Assembly: GCA_047601445.1 (NCBI GenBank) | Contig: JASGJH010000001.1 | Span: 5,088,001-5,152,000, forward strand | Direction: 5' to 3' | Source: Myxococcales bacterium | GTDB lineage: Bacteria; Myxococcota_A; Polyangia; Polyangiales; DASUME01 | DNA length: 64,000 bases | Shown here: positions 40,861-49,826 of the stretch, one piece after another | How the letters are laid out: every line of letters starts with the position of its first letter | Numbering within the stretch: position 1 is the first letter of the stretch | Translations under genes and position numbers: made by a program | The notes under the pieces: generated by a model | Database searches by the model: none | What the model saw: only the letters and a program-made list of their open reading frames with translations | What the model was told of the DNA's origin: nothing

Positions 40861-42513
40861 GTGCCGGCCACCACCGCAAGCTCGAGCCCGCGGCGCCACT
40901 GGATCAGCGGTATCCAGCGCCATCAGCCCATCGAACCCGTGATCGAGGGCGCCACCATCGCGAGCGACGTCGAGCAGCGTGTGCTCGCACTGCTCACCCA
41001 TGGGGGGCGCCCCCTCGACGACGTCCTGCGCGAGACCATCTATCACGAACGGCAGCGCCTGAATGGTCCGGCTACGCGCCGACAGGCCGTGGACCAACGC
41101 TTGCTCGAGCGCCTGCGTCAGGCCTTGCCCAGCGCGGACGCCCGCCACCAGGAGGAGCTCGTGCGCCTGGTGGTCCGCCACTACCTCACCGAGATCTCGG
41201 GACACTTCGATCCACGCGTGTACCGGCTGGCGACACGGGTCATGCCGCCCGCCCTCGGCGCGCTCCTGCACGGCATCAGCCTGCACAATCGCGATGTGTT
41301 CTACGTGGGCAATCGCATCTCGATCTCGGGACGCGTGGCCAGCCTGTGCAAGCTCAGCGCTCGCGGCACCATCCTGTTGGTGCCCACCCACGTGTCGAAC
41401 CTGGACTCCGTGATCCTGGGCTGGGCTCTCTCGAACTTCGGGCTGCGCCCGTTCGCCTACGGCGCGGGCCTCAACCTGTTCGAGCGGCCGTTGCTCGGCT
41501 TCTTCATGCAGCACCTGGGTGCCTACACGGTCGACCGCAGCAAGCACGACCCGCTCTATCGCTGGACACTCAAGGAGTACGCCACCGCGTTGCTCGAGCA
41601 CGGCCAGCACAGTCTGTTCTTTCCCGGTGGCACACGCAGCCGCTCCGGTGCGCTCGAGACGCGACTCAAGCTGGGCCTACTCGGTACGGGCATCGAGGCG
41701 ATGCGACGCTGCGCGGAGCAGGGCCGACCCAGGCGCGTTTTCGTGGTGCCGTGCACCCTCACCTATCCGCTCGTGCTCGAGGCAGAGAGCTTGATTAGGG
41801 ACTTCCTGCGCACCGAGGGCGGTCCGCAGTACTTCGAGGGCCCCGACGAGTCGGAGCATCTGCAGCGCTGGGTCGAGCTCATCCGCGGACTGTATCGGCT
41901 CGACCTGCAGGTACACCTGCGCTTCGGCGCGGCGCTCGATCCCATCGGCAACGAAGTGGACGACGAGGGGCGCTCCCAGGATCCGAGCGGACGCCTGGTG
42001 GATCCGCTCGACTATCTGCGCGCGACTTCCGACAGCTCCGAGGTGCGCCTCGACCCGGAGCGTGACGCCGAGTACACCCGACTGCTCTCGGCCCGCATCC
42101 TGGCGGCCTACCCGCGGGACGTGGTGGCCGTGTCCACCAGCGTGGCAGCCCACGCCATCTTCGAGCTGCTCACCGAGGCGAGCCGAGAGAGGAGCGTGTT
42201 CCGCATGCTGCAGGAGATTCCCCCGAGCGTGCCCTTGACGCTCGACGCCATCACGGCGCGTATCGCGCGCAGCCTACCCGCACTCGAGGCCGCGGAGCAG
42301 CGCGGCGAGATTACGCGGGCGGAGATCGTGCGGCGCGGATCGCCGGGCGTGATCCTCGAGAAGGCCATCGCGACCTTCGCCACCTACCACCACGAGCGCA
42401 TCGCGAGCCGCGAGGGAGAGCTCCTGCGCATCCATCGGCCCGACCTCGTCTACTACTACCAGAACCGCGTGGCCCCTCACCTCTCGTCCTCGAGCTCCGG
42501 AGGATCCCCATGA
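40861..42513 (+). CDS. Glycerol-3-phosphate acyltransferase (PlsB-like)
   Basis: PTHVSNLDS (HX4D), AGLNL, LGAYTVDR, FFPGGTRSRSG; coupled to gpsA. Confidence 0.8.
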   Translation: MPATTASSSPRRHWISGIQRHQPIEPVIEGATIASDVEQRVLALLTHGGRPLDDVLRETIYHERQRLNGPATRRQAVDQRLLERLRQALPSADARHQEELVRLVVRHYLTEISGHFDPRVYRLATRVMPPALGALLHGISLHNRDVFYVGNRISISGRVASLCKLSARGTILLVPTHVSNLDSVILGWALSNFGLRPFAYGAGLNLFERPLLGFFMQHLGAYTVDRSKHDPLYRWTLKEYATALLEHGQHSLFFPGGTRSRSGALETRLKLGLLGTGIEAMRRCAEQGRPRRVFVVPCTLTYPLVLEAESLIRDFLRTEGGPQYFEGPDESEHLQRWVELIRGLYRLDLQVHLRFGAALDPIGNEVDDEGRSQDPSGRLVDPLDYLRATSDSSEVRLDPERDAEYTRLLSARILAAYPRDVVAVSTSVAAHAIFELLTEASRERSVFRMLQEIPPSVPLTLDAITARIARSLPALEAAEQRGEITRAEIVRRGSPGVILEKAIATFATYHHERIASREGELLRIHRPDLVYYYQNRVAPHLSSSSSGGSP

Positions 42514-43526
42514 CGAGCAACGCTCCCCTGCAGATCGCCGTGCTCGGCGCCGGTGATTGGGGCTCTACGCTCGCGCTGATCGCCGCCGGCAATGGCCATC
42601 ACGTGGGCGTGTGGGCCCGCAGCGAGGCACGTTGCACCGCGCTCGAGCGTCGGGCGGCGCAGAGCCCGCTTCTGCTCGGCCCGGAGCGCACGGGCGGTTC
42701 ACTGCACGCCACGCTGCATCCCGAGCCCCTTCTCGAGTCCGCCGACCTGGTGCTGATGGCCGTGCCCTCGCCTGCCTTTCGCGAAGCCTGCCGCGGCCTG
42801 CGCGCGGCACTCGAGCCGCGCCATCTCTTGATCCATGGCACCAAGGGGCTCGAAGTCGGCTCGCTCAAGCGCATGTCGGAAGTGCTCCTGGAAGAGACCT
42901 GCGTGCGTCAGTTCGGTGCCCTGTCCGGCCCCAACATCGCCCCCGAGCTCGCGCAAGGAAAGCCGGCGGGCAGCCTGATCGCCTCGCCGTTTCCGCGCGT
43001 GGTCGAGCTCGGCAAGCGCGCGCTCTCGTGCCGCTTCTTCATGCTCTTTCACGGACCCGACTTGCTCGGACTCGAGCTGTGCGGTGCGCTCAAGAACGTG
43101 GTGGCCATCGCCGCCGGCATGGCCGACGCCATGCAGGTGGGCGAGAACGCCAAGGCCCTGCTCATCACGCGCGGTGCGGCCGAGATCCGGCGTTTGGCCG
43201 AGTCCATGGGTGCGCAGCCCAACACCATCACGGGCCTCGCCGGCATCGGGGATCTGATGGTCACCTGCGCCAGCCCCCACTCACGCAATCGGCGCCTGGG
43301 TGCCGCCCTGGCACGCGGGGAGAGCATGGAGAATGCGCAAGCCCAGCTCGGGATGGTCGCCGAAGGCGTGTATGCAGCCAAGGCCATCATGGTGCTTTCG
43401 CAACGTAAGGAGCTGCGCCTCCCCTTGCTGCAAAGCATCGCACGCGTGCTCTACGATGGAGTCGCCCCGCAGCGGGCCCTCGATGCGCTGATGCGCATGC
43501 CGGCTGGACACGAAGGAGCCGGCTGA
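42510..43526 (+). CDS. gpsA: NAD(P)H-dependent glycerol-3-phosphate dehydrogenase
   Basis: GAGDWG, TKGLE, LSGPN, GALKNVVAIAAG, GIGDLMVTC, SRN, VAEG. Confidence 0.92.
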   Translation: MTSNAPLQIAVLGAGDWGSTLALIAAGNGHHVGVWARSEARCTALERRAAQSPLLLGPERTGGSLHATLHPEPLLESADLVLMAVPSPAFREACRGLRAALEPRHLLIHGTKGLEVGSLKRMSEVLLEETCVRQFGALSGPNIAPELAQGKPAGSLIASPFPRVVELGKRALSCRFFMLFHGPDLLGLELCGALKNVVAIAAGMADAMQVGENAKALLITRGAAEIRRLAESMGAQPNTITGLAGIGDLMVTCASPHSRNRRLGAALARGESMENAQAQLGMVAEGVYAAKAIMVLSQRKELRLPLLQSIARVLYDGVAPQRALDALMRMPAGHEGAG

Positions 43527-43556
43527 GCGAGGGCCTCAGCCAACCCCGCCCGCGCG

Positions 43557-44528
43557 CTACTTGTTCACGCGATCGCAGGTGGGGTAAGGCCCGCAGGTCG
43601 AGAAGTCGCGAAACCACTTCTGAACGATCGACCCGTCAGGATTGCGGTCGTGCGTGGCCTCGAGCACCTCGAGTAGATGAGCCCGCGACATGGCGAGCGG
43701 TGCCTCGTAGGGCACGTAGGTGGTGCCCACCGGGTAGTCCGCGTACGGCCCCTTCTGCTCGATATGTGTGCCCAGCACGTGCGTCACGATCTTGTCGCTG
43801 GTGAAGTCGACCAGGCGTTGCGCACTGGCGGCGAAGACCTCGGGGTCGCCGTTGACGTAGATGCGACCGGGGTAGAGAGAGTCGCCCGTCAACAGCACAC
43901 CGGTCTGCCGGTCGTAGACCGCAATGCTCGTCACGTCGTGGCCGGGGACGGGGATGATATCGAGCACGCGCCCGCCGAGATCATAGGCCACCACGCTGTT
44001 CGGCCACTGCGTGATGCCGAACGCTTGCTGCAGCGCGGCCACGCTCCCGTTGGGGATCAACGTGACGTTGGGCAGATCGGTGAACTGATAGTCGCCGTAA
44101 GTGTGATCGCCATGGGAGTGCAGGTGGGTGACCACCAGCGGGATCGAACGTCGCTTGTGCTTGATCAACCAGAGGGCCATCACCTTCTTCACGGCGCCCG
44201 CGACGTCGGGTGCACCCGCCACCGACGTCGAGCCGGCACCGGTGTCGAACAAGATGGCCTTGTCTTTCCCGAAGAGCAGATACAGGAACGGCTTCTCATC
44301 GTTCACACAGCCCGACTCACGCAGGATGTAGAAGTCGTCGTTGTACGCGTGCACCTGGAACTCGGGCGAAAAGCGAGTGCAGTGAGGGCTTCCCGAGCTC
44401 CAAGCCGCAGGCAGCGCGCCGGGCACGACCTCGGCCACCGTATCGGCTGCGCGGGAGGTGGGGGAGAGCGACGTGAGCGCCAGAGCAAACGCGGCGCAGC
44501 CAGAAACCAGGCGATTTTTCCAAGACAT
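43557..44528 (-). CDS. Secreted metallo-beta-lactamase-fold hydrolase
   Basis: Signal peptide, FDTG, THLHSHGDH, PGH, LTGDSLYPG, LGTH; likely start MSWKNR at 44528. Confidence 0.82.
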   Translation of the reverse strand: MSWKNRLVSGCAAFALALTSLSPTSRAADTVAEVVPGALPAAWSSGSPHCTRFSPEFQVHAYNDDFYILRESGCVNDEKPFLYLLFGKDKAILFDTGAGSTSVAGAPDVAGAVKKVMALWLIKHKRRSIPLVVTHLHSHGDHTYGDYQFTDLPNVTLIPNGSVAALQQAFGITQWPNSVVAYDLGGRVLDIIPVPGHDVTSIAVYDRQTGVLLTGDSLYPGRIYVNGDPEVFAASAQRLVDFTSDKIVTHVLGTHIEQKGPYADYPVGTTYVPYEAPLAMSRAHLLEVLEATHDRNPDGSIVQKWFRDFSTCGPYPTCDRVNK

Positions 44529-44666
44529 GGGAGATGACACCTCATCTTTCGAACAACTGTCGAAACGATGGTTTTCTCCCATACTCAATTTTAGAATGTG
44601 TTTCGAAACGGATAATTGGAACGCATCAACCGCGCAGCGCGCTGCACGCCGCTCGTGTGCTCTCTC

Positions 44667-45443
44667 TCACGGTACGCCTTCGGTCACCAGCTGTTGAATG
44701 CGCGTGCGATGCGTGGACTTGGGGAAATCCTTCCCGAAGGCCTGCGCGCGTTGAGCCGCTGCGGGCTGCTTGCCGGTACGCACGAGCGCTTCGATGGCGA
44801 GCACCTCGCGCTCTTCGGCGAAGGCTCCACGTGGATACTCACGTGCATGCTCCTCGGCCAGCTCGAGCGTGCGACCGGGGTCGGCCAGGAGCACACGGCG
44901 CGCCCGCATCAAGATGGAGAGCTCGGCCGCCGGGTCGTGCTTTTCGACCTCGGGCGTGACGGTGGGCAGCTCGGCGGGCTTGACGCGCGCCTTCTTCTCC
45001 GCGCGCCTCACGGGCTGCTCGAGCGGTACAGGCGCAGGATCCACGCTCCGCTCGGGCCGGGCAGACAAGGCCTGCACAGAGGGATCTTCCACGGGCTGGG
45101 CAGGTTGGATCGGAACCACGATGGACGGAGCCTTGGGTTCCTGACGCGCCCAGTACATGCCGAGCAATCCGACCAGCGTGATCAGCATGCCGAACTTCAG
45201 GAGCGTGCCACTCCGCACGGACTTCACCGGACGAGGCGGACTCGGCGGTGCCGTCTCGGCAGCCGCTGCGGCCTCGGCAGCCAGGCGAGCCGAGAGCTCG
45301 GTGAACATACGCACCCGCTGATCGCCGTTGGGACCCACCTTGGCCTCGTGCGCGAGACCCAGGGCCACCGTCCGCCAATCGTCATCGCGCTCGAGCCAGC
45401 GCGGGGGGGCTTGACGTGGCTCATCCCGCACTCCTCTTCGCAT
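44667..45443 (-). CDS. Putative single-TM anti-sigma factor with periplasmic TPR-like C-terminus
   Basis: Directly downstream of the ECF gene; short cytoplasmic N-terminus, TM FGMLITLVGLLGMYW, Pro-rich linker, helical C-terminus (EHAREYPRGAFAEEREVLAIEAL); start ambiguous (45443, or 45424 plus an indel in G7). Confidence 0.7.
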   Translation of the reverse strand: MRRGVRDEPRQAPPRWLERDDDWRTVALGLAHEAKVGPNGDQRVRMFTELSARLAAEAAAAAETAPPSPPRPVKSVRSGTLLKFGMLITLVGLLGMYWARQEPKAPSIVVPIQPAQPVEDPSVQALSARPERSVDPAPVPLEQPVRRAEKKARVKPAELPTVTPEVEKHDPAAELSILMRARRVLLADPGRTLELAEEHAREYPRGAFAEEREVLAIEALVRTGKQPAAAQRAQAFGKDFPKSTHRTRIQQLVTEGVP

Positions 45444-45987
45444 AGGCACGCCGCTGTTGCGCCGCCTGAACCTTTTGTACGAAGCGCTGAATCTCCTCAC
45501 GCGCCGCGTACAAACGCGAGAGCGCCGTGCTCTCGGGAACATCGAGACTCGCTGCCACCTCGGCCATGGTGAGCCCCTCGAGCTCGTACAGCGCGAACAC
45601 CTCGCGCTTATCGTCGTCCATGCGCGTGAGCGCTTCGGCCGCCAGCTCCAGTACCTGCTTCTGCGAAGCGAGGTCGAAGGCCGTGACCAGCGAGGTCCCC
45701 GACGTGTGCTCACTCTCCTCGATATCGAGCACCTCGCGCCGGAGATGGGCCTTGCGCCGATGGCCGAGCGCCACACGCGCCGCGATACCGTAGACCCACG
45801 TGCGCATGCTGGAACGCCCCTCGAACTCGGGTAGCCTGCGATGCACCACCAAGAACACTTCCTGACAAGCGTCCTCGAGCTCGCGCTCAGGCACCCCGTG
45901 GCGCTTGAGCACGCGCCACACGAAGTCCACGTGCTCGGCGAAGAGCACATGGAAGTTCGTGCGAAGCTCGTGGACGTTGGGGTTCAT
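45421..45987 (-). CDS. ECF-family RNA polymerase sigma factor
   Basis: HVDFVWRVL, EDACQEVF, FEGRSSMRTWVYGIA (region 2); REVFALYELEGLTMAEVA...STALSRLYAAR (region 4); ATG overlaps the stop of the upstream lipoprotein. Confidence 0.92.
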   Translation of the reverse strand: MNPNVHELRTNFHVLFAEHVDFVWRVLKRHGVPERELEDACQEVFLVVHRRLPEFEGRSSMRTWVYGIAARVALGHRRKAHLRREVLDIEESEHTSGTSLVTAFDLASQKQVLELAAEALTRMDDDKREVFALYELEGLTMAEVAASLDVPESTALSRLYAAREEIQRFVQKVQAAQQRRAYAKRSAG

Positions 45988-47309
45988 TGGGGGAAGTCGA
46001 AGCGCGCTAGCTGATGAGTGGAGGTCAGGGCGTACACGGCATTGTCGTTGCCAGCGACCAGCTCGTAGGGAGCGATGCCCGGCACCAGCACGCAGCTCAC
46101 CTGCTGCGCGTCGTTCATCCGGCAAAGCGTGGCGGTCTGGGCGTCGCGCTCACCCGTGGAGGTGATCAAGTAGCTGCCTCCAACACGGTCTGGGGCCTGC
46201 TTGGAAACCGTCATCAGCGTGAACCCCACACGTTGTAGGAGCACTTCATCGACGCCCGCGTCATTCACGCGCATCCAATGGATGTCCCCGACCAAATCGT
46301 CAGGTGTCGCCACCACCACGCGCCCCGCAGAGTCAGCGGACAGGCTAACGGAAGCGCCGCCGCCGAAATAGCCCCTGGACAAGACATTGCCGGTCTTCCA
46401 GTCGAGATCCGAGACTTGCATCGCCCATTCGTACGTGGAGTCATCGCCCGACAGGGTTACCGGTTTTCCGTCCTTCGCGGGAGAAGCATTCAGAAAGTCC
46501 GTTCCCAGCTTTCTGTTGACCACCGTGAGCACGTCGGAGCTCTTCAAGAACGCGATCGCTTCGTTCGGTGAACCCTCGATCGGAATCTCCCCCAGCGCAC
46601 CTTGCTGCCAGCTAGCGTGACCGTCCGCCGAGGTCCGTTGCGCGATCATTCCTGCCTTGAAGCCGAGAAACATGAAGTTCGAACTCGTGGGATCGCGCTG
46701 CGCCGAACTGAGCGCCCCAAACTCGTGGAAGAAGCGCGTCGCCGGCTCCTGAGCCGTCGCCCCGAGCGCGATGAACTCGTGCCAGATGGCACCACTTCCA
46801 TCGGCATGGCCGACACAGTTCCAGGCCCAGCGCGTGCTGAACACGGAGTCCTGGCCTCCCATGAGGCCGTAGAGCGAGAGGACTGAGCCCTTGTCGTCGA
46901 TCTTTCCGTCGCAAGGAAGCTTGGCCGCGGGCATGCCGATGTCCTGGCTCCCGAGTTCCTTCTCGGCATCGAACTGGCGTACCTTGAACGTGAACTGTCC
47001 GTCCTGCTTCTGCACGACCCAGACGGTGCCGTTGGCGCCCGCAGTGAGGATGACTTCAGTGGTGTCCGTCGAACCGAGGTCCCAGGTGGTGGTCGGGCTC
47101 AAGGTCGGCAGGTCCCGCATCGGATAGGTCGCAACCAGGTTCGCCGCCCCCAGGCTTTCCGCCTTGGGCAGCTCGCAGCTCGACTCGATGCACGGTTCCT
47201 TCATGTTGCCGATGTTTCCCTGGTCTCCACAGGCCACGATCGACAGCGCCCATAGCGCACCGCGACCCGCCACCCAGCAACTGCCCTTGCCCTGTCCCAT
47301 TCGCTTCAT
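45984..47309 (-). CDS. Array lipoprotein paralog 1 (unknown function, beta-propeller-like)
   Basis: Lipobox IVAC-GD; shared blocks GANGTVW, WQQ, LDWKTGNV, GDIHW, TLC..VSC; C-terminus LARFDFPQ. Confidence 0.8.
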   Translation of the reverse strand: MKRMGQGKGSCWVAGRGALWALSIVACGDQGNIGNMKEPCIESSCELPKAESLGAANLVATYPMRDLPTLSPTTTWDLGSTDTTEVILTAGANGTVWVVQKQDGQFTFKVRQFDAEKELGSQDIGMPAAKLPCDGKIDDKGSVLSLYGLMGGQDSVFSTRWAWNCVGHADGSGAIWHEFIALGATAQEPATRFFHEFGALSSAQRDPTSSNFMFLGFKAGMIAQRTSADGHASWQQGALGEIPIEGSPNEAIAFLKSSDVLTVVNRKLGTDFLNASPAKDGKPVTLSGDDSTYEWAMQVSDLDWKTGNVLSRGYFGGGASVSLSADSAGRVVVATPDDLVGDIHWMRVNDAGVDEVLLQRVGFTLMTVSKQAPDRVGGSYLITSTGERDAQTATLCRMNDAQQVSCVLVPGIAPYELVAGNDNAVYALTSTHQLARFDFPQ

Positions 47310-47353
47310 GCCCGTTCGTGCGGGTCACTTGGCCTTTCCTCGAAACTTTTCTC
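47310..47353 (-). promoter_or_regulatory. Conserved array motif, copy 1 (putative ECF promoter)
   Basis: GAGAAAAGTTTCGA-GGAA-N14-GCAC-N8-ATG. Confidence 0.7.
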
Positions 47354-47372
47354 GCTCTGGCCCTTCTTCCCT

Positions 47373-48440
47373 TCAAAACAGCAAACTGGGGCCCATATTC
47401 ACCACGTACGATACCCGGGGCACCTCGAAGGCCGTGGCGTCGTGGTCGATCACGAAGCGCCGGGAAAGCGCATTCACGCGCGCCGCTCCCGAGGCCGAGA
47501 GGCCCCAGTGCTCCGCCAGCCGCACCAGGAGCTCCAGCCCCAACGAGACCCCGAAGCCACTGAGAACAGCGCTGTCATTGCTCAAGAATCCGCTACCCTT
47601 CTGCCGCCACAGGGAGTACTCGGGCGAGAGGCAGGCCCGCAGGTGCAGGCGCCCCCCGAGGTCACCCCCCGAGCACATACCGATCACGAAATCGAATGCT
47701 TGGGCCTTCACCGCCGTGTTTTGGCTCAAGTGCATCCCCCCGAGCCCGGACGCGCCGCGAAAGGTGCTCACCATGCTCAGCCTGCGACGCAGGCGAGAAG
47801 CGAAGGAAAGGCTGGCACCCACGAGCGGATCCGGGGCGACCCCGAACTCGGCGAGAGCGGCCAGGCGTACGTCACGGGGCGGCCACGGACGGACGGACTC
47901 AGGCTTTGGAGTTGGGGCAAGAAGCGGGGCGGGCTCGGGCGGACTGAACTCCGGCACGGGTGCTGGCGGCATTTCATCGAGCTCACTCAGGAGCCGCTTC
48001 TCTGCGGGCTCTTCGCTCGAGAGCAGCCCCAGCAGTGCCGGGGGGAGATCCGCCAGAGAGAGATTCGGATCCACCATCATGGCCACGATGAACACCAGAG
48101 GCTCGTCGAGCTCACGACAGTCCACCGCGTTCTGCTCGAGCACACGCTGGCCACCCGGCGCGCCCCCACGCTCCGACAACGTGATGCGCGCGTAGTAGCG
48201 CCCAGGCGCCACCGCCTCGATGTGTCCCTCGATGAAGCGCGCCGCATGCGCAGGAGCATTCAGGCTGGTGCCGGTGAGTTGCTCCACCCGCTCCGCCAGC
48301 GTGGCGGGGTCGATGCAACCCACGGCGTTCTCGGAGCGCGACCAGTGCAACGCAGGAGCGTCACCGACATCGGCTTGGGCGCCGCTGGTGAGCGCGAGCG
48401 CGAGCACGGCGCCGCAGAGCGTGGCCCTCAGCCGAAACAT
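47373..48440 (-). CDS. Array outer-membrane-type paralog A
   Basis: Signal peptide, LHWSR..GCIDP..LAERVEQLTG / RVLEQ..CRELD..DPNLS domain, Pro-rich linker, amphipathic strands, terminal Phe. Confidence 0.75.
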   Translation of the reverse strand: MFRLRATLCGAVLALALTSGAQADVGDAPALHWSRSENAVGCIDPATLAERVEQLTGTSLNAPAHAARFIEGHIEAVAPGRYYARITLSERGGAPGGQRVLEQNAVDCRELDEPLVFIVAMMVDPNLSLADLPPALLGLLSSEEPAEKRLLSELDEMPPAPVPEFSPPEPAPLLAPTPKPESVRPWPPRDVRLAALAEFGVAPDPLVGASLSFASRLRRRLSMVSTFRGASGLGGMHLSQNTAVKAQAFDFVIGMCSGGDLGGRLHLRACLSPEYSLWRQKGSGFLSNDSAVLSGFGVSLGLELLVRLAEHWGLSASGAARVNALSRRFVIDHDATAFEVPRVSYVVNMGPSLLF

Positions 48441-48501
48441 CGAGCCGCTATGTAGCAAAGCGAAGCAGGTTCTTCACTAGGTCTCGCCGCGCTACGAAAC
48501 C

Positions 48502-49761
48502 TCACAAGGGAAAGTCGTAGCGCACGAGGGAAGGCTTCTGCTGTATGAGCGGGTCAGTATGCACGGCGTAGAGGACTCCAGGCTGGTCCGAGACGGCGAG
48601 CTCAAATATGTTGGGCATCGGCATCACTGCGCACGAGATCGTTCCTGCGTCTCCCCAGCGACATACCGTCGGCTGCTCAGCGCCGCGCTCGCCCGAGCGG
48701 GTCAGGAGGTAGGTTCCTCCCAGCGCGTCAGGCTCCAACGCGTACGGATCCATCAGCGTATAGCTCGAGCGCACCATGGTCACACCATCCGTCGTCGTTC
48801 CATCGGACCGCAGCCATTCGATATCGCCCGACGAATTGGTTGCCGCAACCACCGAACGCCCACGAGAGTCGACGGCCACACGGTATTGTGACCACGGCAG
48901 GTAGTAGGCGTGCTGGGACACGACATTGCCGGTGTCCCAGTCCAACGTGAAGTGGGTGATGAGGTCCGGAGGTCCGAAGCGTCCCACCAACGCTAGCTGG
49001 TTCGCGGCGTCGAATGCGATGCGGAGTCCGCCAGCGGTGTCCAATGGCCCGGTCACAGGTCCAGTGGCTGACTGCTGCCACAGCAACTCGCCGTGGCCAT
49101 CGATGCGACTTGGAATCACACCGTTTCCCATGCTCAGCACGGCGTAATCCTTCGCGTTGGACAAACGTTGGATCGCATAGGGAGGCATGACCGTCGGATT
49201 GTCTCGATGAAGCAGCGTTCGAGTCGGCCCCTCCTGCACGGTCGCCCCGAATGAGACCAGCTCCAGCCGATAGTCCGCAGTTCTGCCGTCACAATAGGAT
49301 TGCCAGTCGGCCACGAGCAGTGGCCCTGGACTGCTCGTGACAATTCGTTGACTGACGATCGCTTGGTCGAGTTCGAAGGTGCAACCCGGCCCGGCCTCGG
49401 GAGCCGGAACGTCGAGCGCACCCAGCTCCGTGCCGTCGGCCTGAATCTGACGCACGTGGTAGGAGGACCCGGCCAAGGAGACTTCCCAGACGGTGCCATT
49501 GGTACCGGCCGCAATCGAACCGCTGAGCGGAATCGACCAGGCAGCCTCGAGCACCCCCATGCTCGGCATCACCTCGGTGACTTGGTCATCGGAGGCGGGT
49601 GACTGGGCCTCTTTCGGGAGCTCGCAGGAGATCTTCTCTCCCACGCAGAACGCGTTGTTCTCTCCGACGCTCGCCGAATCCCCGCATGCGCCCACGAGCA
49701 CCAGCCCCCCACCAAGCAGGACTGTCTTGTACTTCGCCATGAACACCGCCTTCACCTTCAT
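48502..49761 (-). CDS. Array lipoprotein paralog 2
   Basis: Lipobox VGAC-GD; AGTNGTVW, WQQ, LDWDTGNV, GDIEW; C-terminus LVRYDFPL; alternative start 49740. Confidence 0.8.
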   Translation of the reverse strand: MKVKAVFMAKYKTVLLGGGLVLVGACGDSASVGENNAFCVGEKISCELPKEAQSPASDDQVTEVMPSMGVLEAAWSIPLSGSIAAGTNGTVWEVSLAGSSYHVRQIQADGTELGALDVPAPEAGPGCTFELDQAIVSQRIVTSSPGPLLVADWQSYCDGRTADYRLELVSFGATVQEGPTRTLLHRDNPTVMPPYAIQRLSNAKDYAVLSMGNGVIPSRIDGHGELLWQQSATGPVTGPLDTAGGLRIAFDAANQLALVGRFGPPDLITHFTLDWDTGNVVSQHAYYLPWSQYRVAVDSRGRSVVAATNSSGDIEWLRSDGTTTDGVTMVRSSYTLMDPYALEPDALGGTYLLTRSGERGAEQPTVCRWGDAGTISCAVMPMPNIFELAVSDQPGVLYAVHTDPLIQQKPSLVRYDFPL

Positions 49762-49805
49762 GCCCATGCGTGCAGCTGGGCGCATCGTTCCTCGAAACTT
49801 TTCTC
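49762..49805 (-). promoter_or_regulatory. Conserved array motif, copy 2
   Basis: GAGAAAAGTTTCGA-GGAA-N14-GCAC-N8-ATG. Confidence 0.7.
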
Positions 49806-49826
49806 GCTCTCTCCGAGTGGCCAGCG

